This document shows, one piece after another, positions 63,172 to 64,000 of a stretch of DNA of 64,000 nucleotides. How positions within the stretch are numbered: position 1 is the stretch's first letter; each line of letters starts with the position of its first letter. The notes under the pieces are model-generated. The model was not told the origin of the DNA. It saw nothing but the letters and a program-made list of their open reading frames with translations, and did no database searches. The position numbers were made by a program, and so were the translations under genes. Origin of the DNA: Archaeoglobus sp. UBA230 (GTDB taxonomy: Archaea; Halobacteriota; Archaeoglobi; Archaeoglobales; Archaeoglobaceae); the NCBI RefSeq assembly GCF_002507545.1, contig NZ_DAVR01000018.1, forward strand, positions 2,367 through 66,366, given 5' to 3'.

Positions 63172-64000
63172 GGACTGTGAAGGCGAGGGCTGGATCTCTG
63201 ATAAGTCTGAGAACTATTTTGAAGACTGAGTTTGGTAATTGCAGGGTTGAGGGTTTGTCCATGTGCACTCCCGGAAAGTCAAAACCTTTCATGATCTCGA
63301 AGAGTTTCTCCATTTTTTGATCATCCATTGTGTAGAGTTTTCGTATTTTGTACCCAAACTTGTATTCTCTTCCAAGTTCCTTGATATACTTCTTCTGGTA
63401 ACTATTGAAGTCTGGAAAGCTATCAGCAAGCTTTTCCGCTGCAACGAGCAGGTAGTATAGTCCTCCACCTGTGTAGGGCTTTACCATTCCCGCAGCATCA
63501 CCTATGAGTGCCACGTTGCCCTTGGAGAAATCAATTAGCCTGTCAGGTATGGCTCCAGCATTAAGCTCGATTACACCCCCCCTCACCCTTTTTGACACTG
63601 AAGGGTGATCGTAAATCAGCTTATTGAACCTTTCCAGCGCTCCTTCTCTGCTTATCACACCAACTTTTGCAGTGTCACCAATAGGAATGGCGTATGCAAA
63701 GAAATCGCTCCACTTGTTTCCAAAGTAAAGTTCCACGTAGTTCTCATCTAAAGCCTCAAATCTCATCTCAGCCTGAAGTGCTGTAAAAACCCCTGGCCTC
63801 TCAAATCCAAAATGTCTTGCGACAGTTGAATTTATACCGTCTGCTCCGATTATCTTATCAGCTTTGATCTCTTTGCCGTTTAATATCGCTTTACTACCTC
63901 TGAATTTGGTTTTGGATTTGACAAAAACATCTGCGACATCTGACGCTCTCTCGAAGAGAAGTGTGTCGAGAATTTTTCTCTCGATAACATACGCATCTCC
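63155..64000 (-). CDS. Geranylgeranyl-reductase-family FAD-dependent oxidoreductase, 5'-truncated by the window edge
   Basis: The frame stays open upstream of 63766 (IIGADGINSTVARHFG); FFAYAIP, LIGDAAGMVKPYTGGGL. Confidence 0.88.
   Translation of the reverse strand, partial: GDAYVIERKILDTLLFERASDVADVFVKSKTKFRGSKAILNGKEIKADKIIGADGINSTVARHFGFERPGVFTALQAEMRFEALDENYVELYFGNKWSDFFAYAIPIGDTAKVGVISREGALERFNKLIYDHPSVSKRVRGGVIELNAGAIPDRLIDFSKGNVALIGDAAGMVKPYTGGGLYYLLVAAEKLADSFPDFNSYQKKYIKELGREYKFGYKIRKLYTMDDQKMEKLFEIMKGFDFPGVHMDKPSTLQLPNSVFKIVLRLIRDPALAFTVLKLLI

Overview
Gene-dense, mostly core chromosomal window from a hyperthermophilic euryarchaeon, most likely Archaeoglobus or a close relative. This rests on an Archaeoglobus-type lipase, the IPCT/DIPPS fusion, PolD DP2, the exosome/proteasome operon, AOR and FEN-1, all recognised by eye with no database search. 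Contents: MetRS (partial), a diadenylate cyclase-like protein with a tandem USP, lipid catabolism genes, a BMP-type nucleoside ABC transporter beside a degenerate AdoHcy-hydrolase-like gene and a 4-hydroxybutyryl-CoA-dehydratase-like gene, Acs, AOR, rps13-rps4-rps11-rpoD, the rnp2-psmA-SBDS-rrp4-rrp41-rrp42 operon, MoxR/DUF58, RIO2, pdxST, polC, an archaeal Ku plus ATP-dependent ligase pair, malic enzyme and AspRS. The best candidate new system is at 61.3-63.2 kb. An unannotated 27-aa peptide gene (MIYSFMYECQPDGGLTHYVRTGEDSPF) lies directly upstream of a radical SAM/SPASM enzyme, and both are divergent from a ModE-type regulator across a perfect 8-bp inverted repeat. This looks like a putative metal-regulated archaeal RiPP locus. 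An unannotated CPxCG zinc-finger microprotein and a +1-frameshifted membrane gene were also found. No rRNA, tRNA, CRISPR array or IS element was seen.
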